A DNA stretch of 64,000 bases. Origin: an uncultured Acidobacteriota bacterium (lineage in GTDB: Bacteria; Acidobacteriota; Thermoanaerobaculia; Multivoradales; JAHEKO01). A model generated the notes under the pieces. The model was not told where the DNA came from. It saw nothing but the letters and a program-made list of their open reading frames with translations, and searched no databases. The position numbers and the translations under genes are program-made. This document shows, in pieces, positions 48,925 through 59,074 of the stretch; the first letter of the stretch is position 1; each line of letters opens with the position of its first letter. Location: positions 608,001-672,000 of the forward strand of contig CAVQNG010000025.1 of NCBI GenBank assembly GCA_963713825.1, written 5' to 3'.

Positions 48925-50445
48925 GTGCTGTTCTCAAATCTTCGCCCGAAGCCACTCTTGAGGCGTCTCTTCGTTCATGAGCTCGTGCCCGCGCTCCTGG
49001 CCTTGGTCAGCGGCGCTATCTGGGCATTCTGTTTCGCCCGCCAGCCGCTGAACGCGGTCAGTTGGGTTGCGCTTGTTCCCCTGTTGCTTCTGTTGGGCCA
49101 CCGGCGAGCCTGGTGGCTCGGGTTTCTGCACGGTCTGGCCTTCTGGTTGGTCTCGATTCCCTGGATCGCTCCAACGCTCGAGGTCTACGGCCAGCTCCCA
49201 CCCTGGATGGCTCGCTTGGCGCTCGTCGCGGCTTGCGGCTACCTGGGCTCCTATTCCGCTCTGTTTGCCTGGCTGGCCGCACCCGTTTGGAAGCGAAGGG
49301 GAGTGCTGGCCCTGGTCGGCCCTCCGACCCTGTGGATTGCCGTGGAATGGCTCCGAACCTATCTACTGGGTGGATTCCCATGGAACCTGGCTGCCTACGC
49401 ATGGGTCGATCTTCCAGGGGCTCTGCCCCTGGCGGCCTGGATTGGCTGCTACGGGGTCTCGCTGCTTCTGCTTCTGGCCAACAGCGGCGTAGCGCGAGGT
49501 GTTGCCGACCGTCGGTGGCAGCCTGTTGCCGTCACCCTGGGCCCGATCGTGCTCTTGCTGGTGTTGGGAGCTTGGAGCCCCGCTTGGACGGTGAGGGACA
49601 GCGGCGTCGATGGCGACCCTGTCAGGGTCGTACAGCCGAATATCCAGAATCTTGTTGAGTGGGATCGAGATCTGGTGGAGTCCAACTATCGCCAGCTTCT
49701 CGAGCTCTCGGGGCGGGCCTGCGACGCGCCAGGGGCCCTGCTGGTCTGGCCTGAGAGTGCGACCTGGCCCTACTCCTACGGTCGTGACGCCGGCCTGAGG
49801 TCGGATGTGCACAGATTGGCGCAGTCGGGTTGTTCGGTCCTTCTCAACACGGTCTTGGAGTCAGAGGAAGGCGACACGAACTCGGCACTTCTGGTTTCGA
49901 CAACAGGAGAACCAACGCGCTACGACAAGAGGCACCTGGTGCCGTTCGGCGAGTTCGTTCCCATGGCCGGTTGGCTGCCCTTCCTGGACAAACTGGCCAG
50001 GAACGCCGGCGATTTCGCGACCGGCCACGGCCCAGCCCTCCTGAGATGGGGCGAGCAGGAGATCGGCGCCGCGATCTGCTTCGAGATCGTCTACCCGGCT
50101 CCCCTGGCAGAACAGGTCAGGCACGGTGCGACCGTCCTTGTGACCATTACCAACGATGCCTGGTACGGTGATAGCTCGGCACCGTGGCAGCACTTTCGCG
50201 CCGCTCGATTCCGGGCGGCAGAGAATCGACGTACGGTTCTGCGCGCGGCGATCACCGGTGTTTCCGCGATCATCGGTCCCGACGGCTCTGTACAGCAGTT
50301 CCTGGGAGTCGGCGAGCAGGGAGTTCTCGAAGCCCAGGTTGCAGGTCGCCGCGACCTGACGGTCTTTACCCGAGCCCCGTGGCTCGTGCCTTTGCTCTGC
50401 TGCTTTGTGGGTGGCTTTGCTATATTCGTCGGCCGCAGGAGATAA
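48925..50445 (+). CDS. lnt: Apolipoprotein N-acyltransferase
   Basis: GGFPW, VQPNI, VWPESA, YDKRHLVPFGEF, ICFE, TNDAW, RAAEN. Start uncertain. Confidence 0.93.
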   Translation: MLFSNLRPKPLLRRLFVHELVPALLALVSGAIWAFCFARQPLNAVSWVALVPLLLLLGHRRAWWLGFLHGLAFWLVSIPWIAPTLEVYGQLPPWMARLALVAACGYLGSYSALFAWLAAPVWKRRGVLALVGPPTLWIAVEWLRTYLLGGFPWNLAAYAWVDLPGALPLAAWIGCYGVSLLLLLANSGVARGVADRRWQPVAVTLGPIVLLLVLGAWSPAWTVRDSGVDGDPVRVVQPNIQNLVEWDRDLVESNYRQLLELSGRACDAPGALLVWPESATWPYSYGRDAGLRSDVHRLAQSGCSVLLNTVLESEEGDTNSALLVSTTGEPTRYDKRHLVPFGEFVPMAGWLPFLDKLARNAGDFATGHGPALLRWGEQEIGAAICFEIVYPAPLAEQVRHGATVLVTITNDAWYGDSSAPWQHFRAARFRAAENRRTVLRAAITGVSAIIGPDGSVQQFLGVGEQGVLEAQVAGRRDLTVFTRAPWLVPLLCCFVGGFAIFVGRRR

Positions 50446-50452
50446 GACGATC

Positions 50453-51578
50453 ATGACTTCACCAGAGATCCAACAGCACCTCGAACGACTCGAGTCCCGC
50501 CTCTTGACCCTTCGGGGGTATCTTTGAGGGCACCGACCTCGAAGGACAGATCCAGACAATCGACAAGAAGATGGAGGCGCCCGGCTTCTGGGACGACCGG
50601 GTTGGCGCTGCCCCTCTGCTGCAGAAGCGTCGCAGCCTCGAGAAGCGGCTGGCGACCCTGAATCGACTGCGTGAGGACGCTGAAGAGCTGGCCGCTTGGC
50701 AGGAGCTCCTGGCAGAAGGGGAAGGCGACGACGAGGTCGATCAATTCCTCGCACGTCTCGAGCTCGAGCTGCATCAGCTCGAGTTGCAGCTCAAGCTCTC
50801 GGGATCGGACGACGACAAGAGCGCCCTGGTCGCGGTTCATCCCGGCGCTGGGGGTACCGAATCGCAGGACTGGGCCGAGATGCTCCTGCGGATGTACCTC
50901 CGTTGGGCCGAGCAGAACAACTTCGAGACCGAGCTCCTCGACCGCCTCGAAGGGGATGAGGCGGGAATCAAGAGCGCGACCTTTGCGGTACGCGGGGACT
51001 ACGCATACGGCTACTTGCACGGCGAGTCCGGTGTTCATCGGCTGGTGAGAATCAGTCCCTTCGACGCCGCGAGCCGCCGGCACACATCCTTCGCTTCGGT
51101 GTTCGTCTACCCGGAAGTCGATGACGACGTCGAGATCGAGATCAACGACGGCGACTTGCGGGTCGACACCTATCGTGCTTCCGGGGCTGGTGGTCAGCAT
51201 GTCAACAAGACCGAGTCGGCCGTGCGGATCACCCACCTGCCATCTGGCATTGCGGTGGCGTGCCAGAACGAGCGCAGCCAGCACAAGAACCGTGCTACCG
51301 CCATGAAGATCCTGCGATCGCGTCTCTATGATCTCGAGATCAGCAAGCGTGAGGCAGAAGCGGCGATCACAGAAGGACAGAAGATGGAGATCGCCTGGGG
51401 CAGCCAGATCCGAAGCTACGTCCTGCACCCCTACCGCATGGTCAAGGATCATCGCACCAACATCGAGGTGGGAGATGCCGATCGGGTGCTGGACGGGGGC
51501 GTCGATCCTTTCATCGAGTCCTGGTTGGATCAGCAGATGGGCGATCGCGGCCAGAGCGACAAGAAGCCTGCAGATTGA
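50453..51578 (+). CDS. prfB: Peptide chain release factor 2, expressed through a programmed +1 frameshift (about 374 aa)
   Basis: ATG 50453 gives MTSPEIQQHLERLESRLLTLRGYL then TGA (50525-50527). The +1 frame from 50526 continues into the 50571-51578 ORF with SPF and GGQ motifs. Confidence 0.95.
50513..50528 (+). promoter_or_regulatory. RF2 autoregulatory frameshift site CGGGGG-TAT-CTT-TGA-G
   Basis: SD-like G run 3 nt before the slippery CTT-T and an in-frame TGA. Confidence 0.92.
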
Positions 51579-51604
51579 GGTCTCTGCCTCCTCCAGGTTC
51601 TGCC

Positions 51605-53197
51605 ATGGCGAATCAGCTTGCCATCGACTACGTCTCGCCGCTGCCACCCGTGCGCTCGGGGATAGCGGACTACAGCCTGGACCTGTTGCCGAATCTGGAG
51701 AAGCTGTGCGATTTGCGCGTGATTCGACTCCCGGATCAGCCAGTCGATGCAGCCGTGATCGAACGCTGGGACCCGCAACCGGCGGAGCTCACCGGCCAGG
51801 CTGGCCGGTTGCCGCTCTACCAGATGGGCAACAACCGATATCACGAAGGGGTCGAAGCTCTGGCCCTCGAGCGGCCAGGAGTGCTGACCCTGCACGACCT
51901 GGTTCTGCATCATCTGGCCGTGGAGCTGACTCTGGCGGAGGGCGTTCTCGAGCCCTATCTCGAGCGACTGGCGGCCGACCACGGTTGGGTAGGCGAGGCC
52001 GTGGGGCAAGCCAGGAAGTGGTGGGAGATAGGACAAGCAGCACTGTTCACCTTGCATGCCCATCGAACCCTACTGCGGTCGCAACGTGGAGTCCTCGTCC
52101 ACAGTGAGTGGGCCGTCGAGACGCTTGGCGAGAACGATCCAGAGCTGCAGGTACGCAAGGTGCCCATGGGCGTGCCTCTACCGGACCGCCCGGATCCCCA
52201 GGCGGGTCTCGAGTTCCGGCGGCGACTCGGGCTGGAAGAGGGAACTCCTCTCCTGGGCTCTTTCGGATTCCAGACACCGATCAAGCGCACGGAACGCGTC
52301 ATCGCCGCTCTGGCCAGTGAGGAGTTGGCGGCGGCGCACTTGGTTATCGCTGGAGAGGTTTCACCGGCACTCGATCTGGAGGCAGAGGCTCGTCGACTTG
52401 GCGTCGCCGACCGGATTCACATCACCGGGTTTCTCGACTACCAAGAGTTCGAGGCGGCGATCAGTGCCTGCGATCTGTGTGTCAACCTGCGATATCCGAC
52501 CGCCGGGGAGACTTCAGCGTCGCTGCTGCGGGTCCTGGCAGTGGGTCGAGCCGTTGTCGTTTCCGACTACGCTCAATCGGCCGAGCTGCCCGACGAAGTT
52601 GTCATCAAGGTTCCCCTGGGTGAGGCCGAAGTAGAATCTCTCGCCTCTCGTCTCGGTGAGCTGCTCGAGGATCGGAGCCGGCTGCGAGCCATGGCTGAGG
52701 CGGCTCGCCAGTACATGCGGTCGAATCACGATCCAGCCAGGGCCGCCGCGGCCGTGGTGGAGGCGTGCCAAGAGATGATCTCTTTGAGTCCTCCGGGGCC
52801 TGGCAGGCCAGAATTGGAGCCGCCAACGACTCGCTTCTGGTACCAGGTCGATGGCGAGATCGAAGTCGAGGGTGCTGAAGAGCCCTGGCCAGAGGGCGAG
52901 CGTCGCCGTCTCCGTGTCGAGCTTCGGAACACCGGCCTGGCGCGGTGGCTACCCAGTAGAGAGGAGACGGGGGGGCTGGTACTGCAGACCCACTGGCGCC
53001 GAGGGGCGGCACAGGAGCCTATGGATTCACACTGGTTTCGAGTCCCCCGACCCGTCGCTCCCGGCGAATCGACGATTCTCGATGCCGAGGTGAGGCGCCC
53101 CCTTGGCGGCCGGTTGCTGATCGTGGAGCCGCATTTGGCGGAGATTGCGGGGTTCCGCTCACTCGGGGGCCCCTGGTGGTACCGGATTTTTAGCTAG
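51605..53197 (+). CDS. GT4-family glycosyltransferase with C-terminal Ig-like extension
   Basis: SPLPPVRSGIADYS, YQMGNN.YH, LHD, NLRYPTAGETSA; tail VELRNTG..W..V.PGES. Confidence 0.82.
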   Translation: MANQLAIDYVSPLPPVRSGIADYSLDLLPNLEKLCDLRVIRLPDQPVDAAVIERWDPQPAELTGQAGRLPLYQMGNNRYHEGVEALALERPGVLTLHDLVLHHLAVELTLAEGVLEPYLERLAADHGWVGEAVGQARKWWEIGQAALFTLHAHRTLLRSQRGVLVHSEWAVETLGENDPELQVRKVPMGVPLPDRPDPQAGLEFRRRLGLEEGTPLLGSFGFQTPIKRTERVIAALASEELAAAHLVIAGEVSPALDLEAEARRLGVADRIHITGFLDYQEFEAAISACDLCVNLRYPTAGETSASLLRVLAVGRAVVVSDYAQSAELPDEVVIKVPLGEAEVESLASRLGELLEDRSRLRAMAEAARQYMRSNHDPARAAAAVVEACQEMISLSPPGPGRPELEPPTTRFWYQVDGEIEVEGAEEPWPEGERRRLRVELRNTGLARWLPSREETGGLVLQTHWRRGAAQEPMDSHWFRVPRPVAPGESTILDAEVRRPLGGRLLIVEPHLAEIAGFRSLGGPWWYRIFS

Positions 53198-53200
53198 GCC

Positions 53201-54979
53201 ATGAACGACGATTGGACCAACGCAGGCGGGCGCAGGAGCTCGATCATTCTGGTAATCGTGGTCGCTCTTTGGGGCCTCACCGTCGCCGTTCTCGATCGAC
53301 CGGGCTGGCCGCGCTGGATCGGGGAGGAAGCGACCCACGTTCTGCAGGCCGAGAGCCTGGCACACGATCTGGATGCGGTCTTTGATGGCAAGGACCGTCA
53401 GCGGGCAGCGACGACTGGGGTCGAGATTACGGGTTTGCGCCTGCGCGATGGACGTCTCGACGAGGAACCGGTGTTCGCGCGTCCTGTCTTCTACTCCGCT
53501 TATTTGGCGCCTTTCGTTCGTCTTGCTCCATCCAGAGGTCCGACACTAGCGAACCTGTTGTTGCTCTGCATGGCCGTGGGACTGGCCAGTCGCCGCCTCC
53601 ACATGCGCCTCGGTTCCTCGGCGCCCTGGCTTGTCGGCCTGTTCCTGTTCGCATCGCTCACTTTTCGGTTTCTGCAGGTCGGCGAGCCTCCGATCTTCCT
53701 GCTGGCACTGGCTGTGACGGCGTTCTACCTGGTGTATGGCCTGGAGGAGCCGGTCTCGGAAGGACCTGCGGAGATGTACCGGTCGTTGCCGACTCGGGGC
53801 AGGATCGGCGGGCGTTGGGGCGCCGCGGGATTGCTGCTCGGCCTGATGGCCACCTTCAATCCCGTCTACATCCTCTTGGCCGTGCCTGCCGTTGCAGCGG
53901 CGCCACGCGATCGTCGGCGGGCTGCTCTGGGTTTCCTTACAGTCGGGCTCTTGACGGTTATGGTGGTCAACGGTCTGGTGGAGTGGGGTAGGGCCGGCAG
54001 CTGGCAGCTGCCGTTTCCCGAGTCGTCGTCTTCGGTCCTGCTGGCGGCGGAGCCACTAGGCCAGGGGCAGTTGAGCGATCTGTCTGGAGCGTCCCTTTCG
54101 AGCCCATTCGAGGCTGCCCCCGGGAGGCCCTACCCGGCTCGTATCAGCGCTCGGTTGACGGCCTGGAACGCCGCCTATGCGATCGTCGGGCGCCACCTGG
54201 GATTGTTGCCGTTCTTCTTCCCGGTTGTACTTCTCCTGGGCCTGTGGACCATGGGGTCCGGACGCTCTACTCTGGTGACGACCTGTTGGGTCGCGGTCGG
54301 TCTCATTGTGCTGCTGTCACCCTTCGATTTCGTTGGCGGCTCGACACCGATTGGCAACCGCTGGTTCGTGCCCCTGTTCGGGGCCCTGTGGTTCGTTCCG
54401 TCCCGCCCGCCCCGGCTCCGATGGATAGGCATCACGGCGGCTTTGGCTGGCCTCTTTCTCTATCCGGTCTGGCTCGCACCGGCGGGCTCACCTATCGAGG
54501 CCGATGGCAGCTTGCAGCACGCCAACAGCCTGGCTGCGAGTTACCTGCCTCTGGAGACCAGTCAGCGCTCGCTGCCGAGCTTCGGTGAGATCCTCGGGCG
54601 AGGTGCCTGGGTCCGGTCGATGAGGAACACGGTCCGGCTGCGAAGCACAGGTCGGTGGGAGTTGGAGGGTGGGCGACCGGCGGAATTGCTGGTCGCTTCG
54701 CCGGCGGCGCTGGACTCCCTGTACCTCGAATTCGGCGGTGGAGCCCAGCCCGAGCTCGAGGTGAAGGGCGGAGTGTTGGGCAACATGGTGTTGCAGCCCA
54801 ATGGCCGGGTGGCGTTTCACATCGGCGACCTCGATCCGGCGGCGCGCCATCCGACCTGGTGGGAGGAGACCGACCAGGATCTCTATGATCTGAAGCTGAG
54901 AATGCCCGGTGCCGAGGACAGCAAGCAAGTCTTCTCGGTGACCGGTTTGTCACTGCCTGACCGAGGGGCCGACCCATGA
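53201..54979 (+). CDS. Polytopic membrane protein, GT-C glycosyltransferase-like
   Basis: About 10 TMs; acidic GEE after TM1 (where GT-C enzymes have DE); GNRWFVP; soluble tail; follows GT4. Confidence 0.55.
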   Translation: MNDDWTNAGGRRSSIILVIVVALWGLTVAVLDRPGWPRWIGEEATHVLQAESLAHDLDAVFDGKDRQRAATTGVEITGLRLRDGRLDEEPVFARPVFYSAYLAPFVRLAPSRGPTLANLLLLCMAVGLASRRLHMRLGSSAPWLVGLFLFASLTFRFLQVGEPPIFLLALAVTAFYLVYGLEEPVSEGPAEMYRSLPTRGRIGGRWGAAGLLLGLMATFNPVYILLAVPAVAAAPRDRRRAALGFLTVGLLTVMVVNGLVEWGRAGSWQLPFPESSSSVLLAAEPLGQGQLSDLSGASLSSPFEAAPGRPYPARISARLTAWNAAYAIVGRHLGLLPFFFPVVLLLGLWTMGSGRSTLVTTCWVAVGLIVLLSPFDFVGGSTPIGNRWFVPLFGALWFVPSRPPRLRWIGITAALAGLFLYPVWLAPAGSPIEADGSLQHANSLAASYLPLETSQRSLPSFGEILGRGAWVRSMRNTVRLRSTGRWELEGGRPAELLVASPAALDSLYLEFGGGAQPELEVKGGVLGNMVLQPNGRVAFHIGDLDPAARHPTWWEETDQDLYDLKLRMPGAEDSKQVFSVTGLSLPDRGADP

Positions 54980-55575
54980 CCGACGAACAGGGACCGAATA
55001 GTTGGATCCTGGAGGTGAGGCGACGCCTGGCTTCGCCATCGCCGCAACGATTGCCGGCCAGTGATGCCCGGGAGGCAGCGGTACTCGTACCGTTGTTCGT
55101 CGACGCGGGCGAGCTCTGGACACTGCTCACCAAGCGGGCTGAGTCGCTACCCCACCACAAGAGTCAGATCGCTTTCCCGGGGGGAGGGCGGGAGATCGGA
55201 GAGGATCCCTGGGCCGCCGCCCTGCGCGAGACCGAGGAGGAGCTTGGCTTCGACAGCAAGCAGGTGGTCCGAATGGGTGAGCTGGACGAGGCCGAGACGC
55301 CGAGCGGTTTCCGGATCATTCCGTGCGTGGGTGCGGTGCCGAGCGGCGTCGAGACGAACATCAACGAAGACGAGATCGCGGAGGTTTTCGCGGTCCCACT
55401 GCTGGCCTTCACGGACTTCAGAGCGATCGAGGATCGAATCGTGAAGATCGACGGCATCGAGCGCATGATCCGTGTCTACCATCTGGGTTCCCGACAGGTC
55501 TGGGGCCTCACCGCTCGAATCATGCAGAACCTGTTGCATCGCCTCGGGCTGGAGATGCCGGAAGAGGAGGGGTGA
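54976..55575 (+). CDS. Nudix CoA pyrophosphatase (NudL/PCD1 family)
   Basis: AAVLVPL, LLTKR..HKSQIAFPGG, AALRETEEELG, VWGLTA. Confidence 0.9.
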   Translation: MTDEQGPNSWILEVRRRLASPSPQRLPASDAREAAVLVPLFVDAGELWTLLTKRAESLPHHKSQIAFPGGGREIGEDPWAAALRETEEELGFDSKQVVRMGELDEAETPSGFRIIPCVGAVPSGVETNINEDEIAEVFAVPLLAFTDFRAIEDRIVKIDGIERMIRVYHLGSRQVWGLTARIMQNLLHRLGLEMPEEEG

Positions 55576-56417
55576 GGATCGAGGCGAAGCTCGGCCGGTT
55601 GTCCATCTTCCTGGGTCCGGCCGCCTGTCTCATCCTCTTGAGCTGTTCCGTGCGCCATATCGTCTATCCGGCTCCGGCAGTCAGCGTCGCAGACCCCCCT
55701 CGGCCCTTGCGCAGTGTGGAGTGGAGCCTCGCGGACGGTAGCCGGATCTCGGCCTGGGTCCATGACGATCCGGGCGCACCGCCAGGGCGACCGGTCGTGC
55801 TGTTCCTGCACGGGAATGGCGAGAATCTGGAAACGATGCGTCGGGCCGGTCTCTTCGAGGAGTTGCTGGCCCTCGACGCTCCGTTCGTAGCCCTCGACTA
55901 CCCTGGCTACGGCAGGAGCTCGGGAGCGCCATCCGAGTCCTCCCTCCTGGAAGCCGGGTCGGTGGCTCTCGAGTGGATGCACCAGCGCTTCGCAGACCGA
56001 CCTCGGGTCGTCGTGGGCTGGTCGCTGGGAGCGGCAGTGGCCGTCGGGCTGGTGGCTGCAAATCCCGATCGGTGCGACGGCTTGGTCGCGATGAGTGCCT
56101 GGACTTCGCTGGCCGACGTCGGGGCCTCTCACTTTCCCAGGTGGCTGGTGGAGATCGCGGTAGCCGATCGGTACGAGTCAACCGTGGCTGCCGAACGGGT
56201 CACCTGTCCTGGGCTGGTCATCCATGGCTCCAGAGATCAGATCATTCCAGTAGACCAGGGGAGGGAAGTGGGGCGGGCGCTGGGCGCAGAGTGGTTGGAG
56301 GTACCTTCGGCGGGCCACAATGATCTGCTGAGCCAAGACATCGTGTGGCGCCGGCTGGCTGATTTTCTGGCTTCGATTCAGGATTCAACGCCGCCCGAAG
56401 GGTCCTCCGGGCTGTGA
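55572..56417 (+). CDS. Alpha/beta hydrolase (ABHD/Bem46-like), possible lipoprotein
   Basis: LFLHGNGE, DYPGYGRS, GWSLG, HGSRD, AGHND; LLSC lipobox-like sequence. Confidence 0.85.
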   Translation: MRIEAKLGRLSIFLGPAACLILLSCSVRHIVYPAPAVSVADPPRPLRSVEWSLADGSRISAWVHDDPGAPPGRPVVLFLHGNGENLETMRRAGLFEELLALDAPFVALDYPGYGRSSGAPSESSLLEAGSVALEWMHQRFADRPRVVVGWSLGAAVAVGLVAANPDRCDGLVAMSAWTSLADVGASHFPRWLVEIAVADRYESTVAAERVTCPGLVIHGSRDQIIPVDQGREVGRALGAEWLEVPSAGHNDLLSQDIVWRRLADFLASIQDSTPPEGSSGL

Positions 56418-56464
56418 GATAATCGGATCTTGCACAAGACATCGATCCTGGAGGCGAAACGACA

Positions 56465-57547
56465 ATGACGACTGTGACACAAAAGACGACGGGAATTGAT
56501 CGCATCACCGAGCTACTCGGCGACGAAGCCGACAGCCTGCTGAATCACACCTGCAGGGGCATCCCGAAGGAAACCCTGCATTTGCCGGGTTCGGATCACA
56601 TCGACCGGTGCTTCGGGCCCTCGGATCGCAAGCCGATTGTGCTGGTGAACCTGGCCCGCCTCTACAATTCGGGTCGTCTGGCTGGCAGTGGCTACCTGTC
56701 CATTCTGCCGGTGGATCAGGGTATCGAGCACTCCGCAGCCGCCTCGTTCGCGCCGAATCCGGCGTACTTCGATCCAGAGAACATCGTGCGGTTGGCGATC
56801 GAGGGCGGCTGCAACGGCGTCGCCTCGACCCTGGGTGTTCTGGGCTCCATCAGTCGCCAGTACGCTCACAAGATCCCTTTCGTGGTCAAGATCAACCACA
56901 ACGAAATACTGACCTACCCCAACCGATACAAGCAGGTTCTCTTCGCGCAGGTCGAGCAGGCCTGGGAGCTGGGGGCGGCCGCTGTCGGCGCGACGATCTA
57001 CTTCGGCTCGGAGGACTGTGATCGCGAGTTGGTCGAGATTTCCGAGGCGTTCGCTCAAGCCCACGACCTCGGGCTGGCGACGATCCTCTGGTGCTATCTG
57101 CGGAATCCCGCCTTCAAGAAAGAGGGCGTGGACTACCACGACGCGGCCGATCTGACAGGCCAGGCCAACCATCTCGGTGTGACCATCGAGGCGGATATCG
57201 TCAAACAGAAGCAGGCCACGAAGGATGGCGGCTACACGGCCATTAATTTCGGTAAGACCAGTCCGCTGGTCTACAGCGAATTGAGCTCCGATCACCCAGT
57301 CGATCTCGTCCGGTGGCAGGTAGCCAACTGCTACATGGGAAGAGTAGGCATGATCAACTCGGGCGGCGCATCGGGCGGTCAGGGCGATCTGGCCCAGGCC
57401 GTTCGAACCGCCGTGATCAACAAGCGCGGCGGTGGTACCGGACTGATCTCGGGCCGCAAGGCATTCCAGCGACCGATGGCCGAAGGTGTCGAGCTTCTGA
57501 ACGCCATCCAGGATGTTTTCCTGAATCCAGAGATCACTGTCGCCTAG
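56465..57547 (+). CDS. fbaB: Class I fructose-bisphosphate aldolase
   Basis: [48 protein letters not shown]. Confidence 0.95.
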   Translation: MTTVTQKTTGIDRITELLGDEADSLLNHTCRGIPKETLHLPGSDHIDRCFGPSDRKPIVLVNLARLYNSGRLAGSGYLSILPVDQGIEHSAAASFAPNPAYFDPENIVRLAIEGGCNGVASTLGVLGSISRQYAHKIPFVVKINHNEILTYPNRYKQVLFAQVEQAWELGAAAVGATIYFGSEDCDRELVEISEAFAQAHDLGLATILWCYLRNPAFKKEGVDYHDAADLTGQANHLGVTIEADIVKQKQATKDGGYTAINFGKTSPLVYSELSSDHPVDLVRWQVANCYMGRVGMINSGGASGGQGDLAQAVRTAVINKRGGGTGLISGRKAFQRPMAEGVELLNAIQDVFLNPEITVA

Positions 57548-57583
57548 CTCTGGTGCGAGCTCACCTCGGGAGTTTCGAAGACC

Positions 57584-58981
57584 ATGGCAGAGCAACGCGA
57601 TCTCGTCATCATCGGCAGTGGTCCTGGCGGCTACGTCGCCGCGATTCGTGCCGCACAGTTGGGCCTCGGTGTCACCGTGGTGGAGAAGGACCCCAAATTC
57701 GGCGGCACCTGCCTGCACCGAGGGTGCATTCCGACCAAGGCGCTTCTCCGCACGGCGGGCATGTTGGACGACATCCGGTCAGCGGAGAAGTTCGGGATCG
57801 AAGTGGCTGCGCCGAGCTTGGATCTGGACCGGGCTCAGGCATTCAAGCAGCAGGTCGTCGACAAGAGCGCCAAGGGAATCGAGTACCTGTTCAAGAAGTA
57901 CGGCGTCGAAGGTGTTCAGGGTAGGGGCCGGCTGGTCGGTAGCCATGAGGTCGAAGTGCGGGGTGAGACCGGCACGATCACATTCGGGGCCCGCAACATT
58001 CTGATCGCCACGGGCTCGATTCCACGCCAGTTGCCGTTTGTCTCTACAGACGGCGAGCGCGTCCTGAGCTCGGACGATGTTCTGGAGTTAACGACGATTC
58101 CTGAGTCGCTGGTGGTCCTGGGCGCGGGTGCCGTGGGCTGTGAGTTCGCCTCGATCTTCAATTCGTTCGGGTCTGAAGTGGTTCTGGTCGAGATGCTGCC
58201 TCGCGTGCTGCCTCTCGAGGACGAGGAGGTCTCGAAGCAGCTGCAGCGTTCGCTGAAGAAGAGGGGAATCAAGGTCCTCACTGGCAGTCGGTTGAAAGAT
58301 GTCGTGCCGACGGGGAGTGGGCTCGAGATTGGCGTCGAGAGGGAAAAGGGAGACGGCAAGCAGTTGTCTGCCGAGGCGCTGTTGGTGGCCGTCGGGCGAG
58401 CGCCAGTGACCTCGGATCTAGGACTGGAAGCGCTAGGAATCAAGCTCGATCGCGGCTACATCGAAGTCAACGATCTGATGCAGACCGACGTGCCCCACAT
58501 TTACGCCATCGGAGATGTCGTCAATACGCCATGGTTGGCCCATGTCGCGTCGGCCGAAGGCATCCTGGCCGTCGAGCATGTGGCGGGCCAGGAGGTGCGG
58601 CCGATCGACTACGATCGAATTCCGGCCGTCACCTACTGCGATCCGGAAGTAGCCAGTGTCGGCCTGACGGAATCGCAAGCCAAAGAGCGAGGCTACGACG
58701 TCGCGACTGGCAAGTTCCCGTTCACAGCGCTGGCCAAGGCAGCGATCGAGGGTCACACCGAAGGCTTCGTCAAGGTGGTTCGAGAGAAGCGCTACGACGA
58801 GCTCCTGGGAGTCCATATCATCGGCCGCCACGCCACCGACCTGATCGCCGAAGCCTGTGTCGCTCTGCAGGTCGAATCGACGACAGAGGAGTTGTTTCGA
58901 ACCATTCATGCTCATCCGACGCTGTCGGAGGCCGTCGCGGAGGCAGCGCATGCGGCCGTCGGGCATGCGATCCATATCTGA
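57584..58981 (+). CDS. lpdA: Dihydrolipoamide dehydrogenase (E3)
   Basis: GSGPGGY, GGTCLHRGCIPTK, GAGAVG, HAHPTLSE. Confidence 0.96.
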   Translation: MAEQRDLVIIGSGPGGYVAAIRAAQLGLGVTVVEKDPKFGGTCLHRGCIPTKALLRTAGMLDDIRSAEKFGIEVAAPSLDLDRAQAFKQQVVDKSAKGIEYLFKKYGVEGVQGRGRLVGSHEVEVRGETGTITFGARNILIATGSIPRQLPFVSTDGERVLSSDDVLELTTIPESLVVLGAGAVGCEFASIFNSFGSEVVLVEMLPRVLPLEDEEVSKQLQRSLKKRGIKVLTGSRLKDVVPTGSGLEIGVEREKGDGKQLSAEALLVAVGRAPVTSDLGLEALGIKLDRGYIEVNDLMQTDVPHIYAIGDVVNTPWLAHVASAEGILAVEHVAGQEVRPIDYDRIPAVTYCDPEVASVGLTESQAKERGYDVATGKFPFTALAKAAIEGHTEGFVKVVREKRYDELLGVHIIGRHATDLIAEACVALQVESTTEELFRTIHAHPTLSEAVAEAAHAAVGHAIHI

Positions 58982-59074
58982 TGGACCTGTGGCGAGCGGA
59001 TCGATTGGCGCTGGAATCGAAGCTGACCAGGAGCCGCGAATCGGGGAATCGAGTCGAGTAAGGGAGAGACCTAC

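Noticed and set aside
50525-50527. prfB TGA as a second Sec codon or pseudogene lesion
   Set aside because: The continuation is in the +1 frame and matches the known RF2 frameshift site.
50451-51647. 398-aa minus-strand ORF
   Set aside because: Antisense shadow of prfB.
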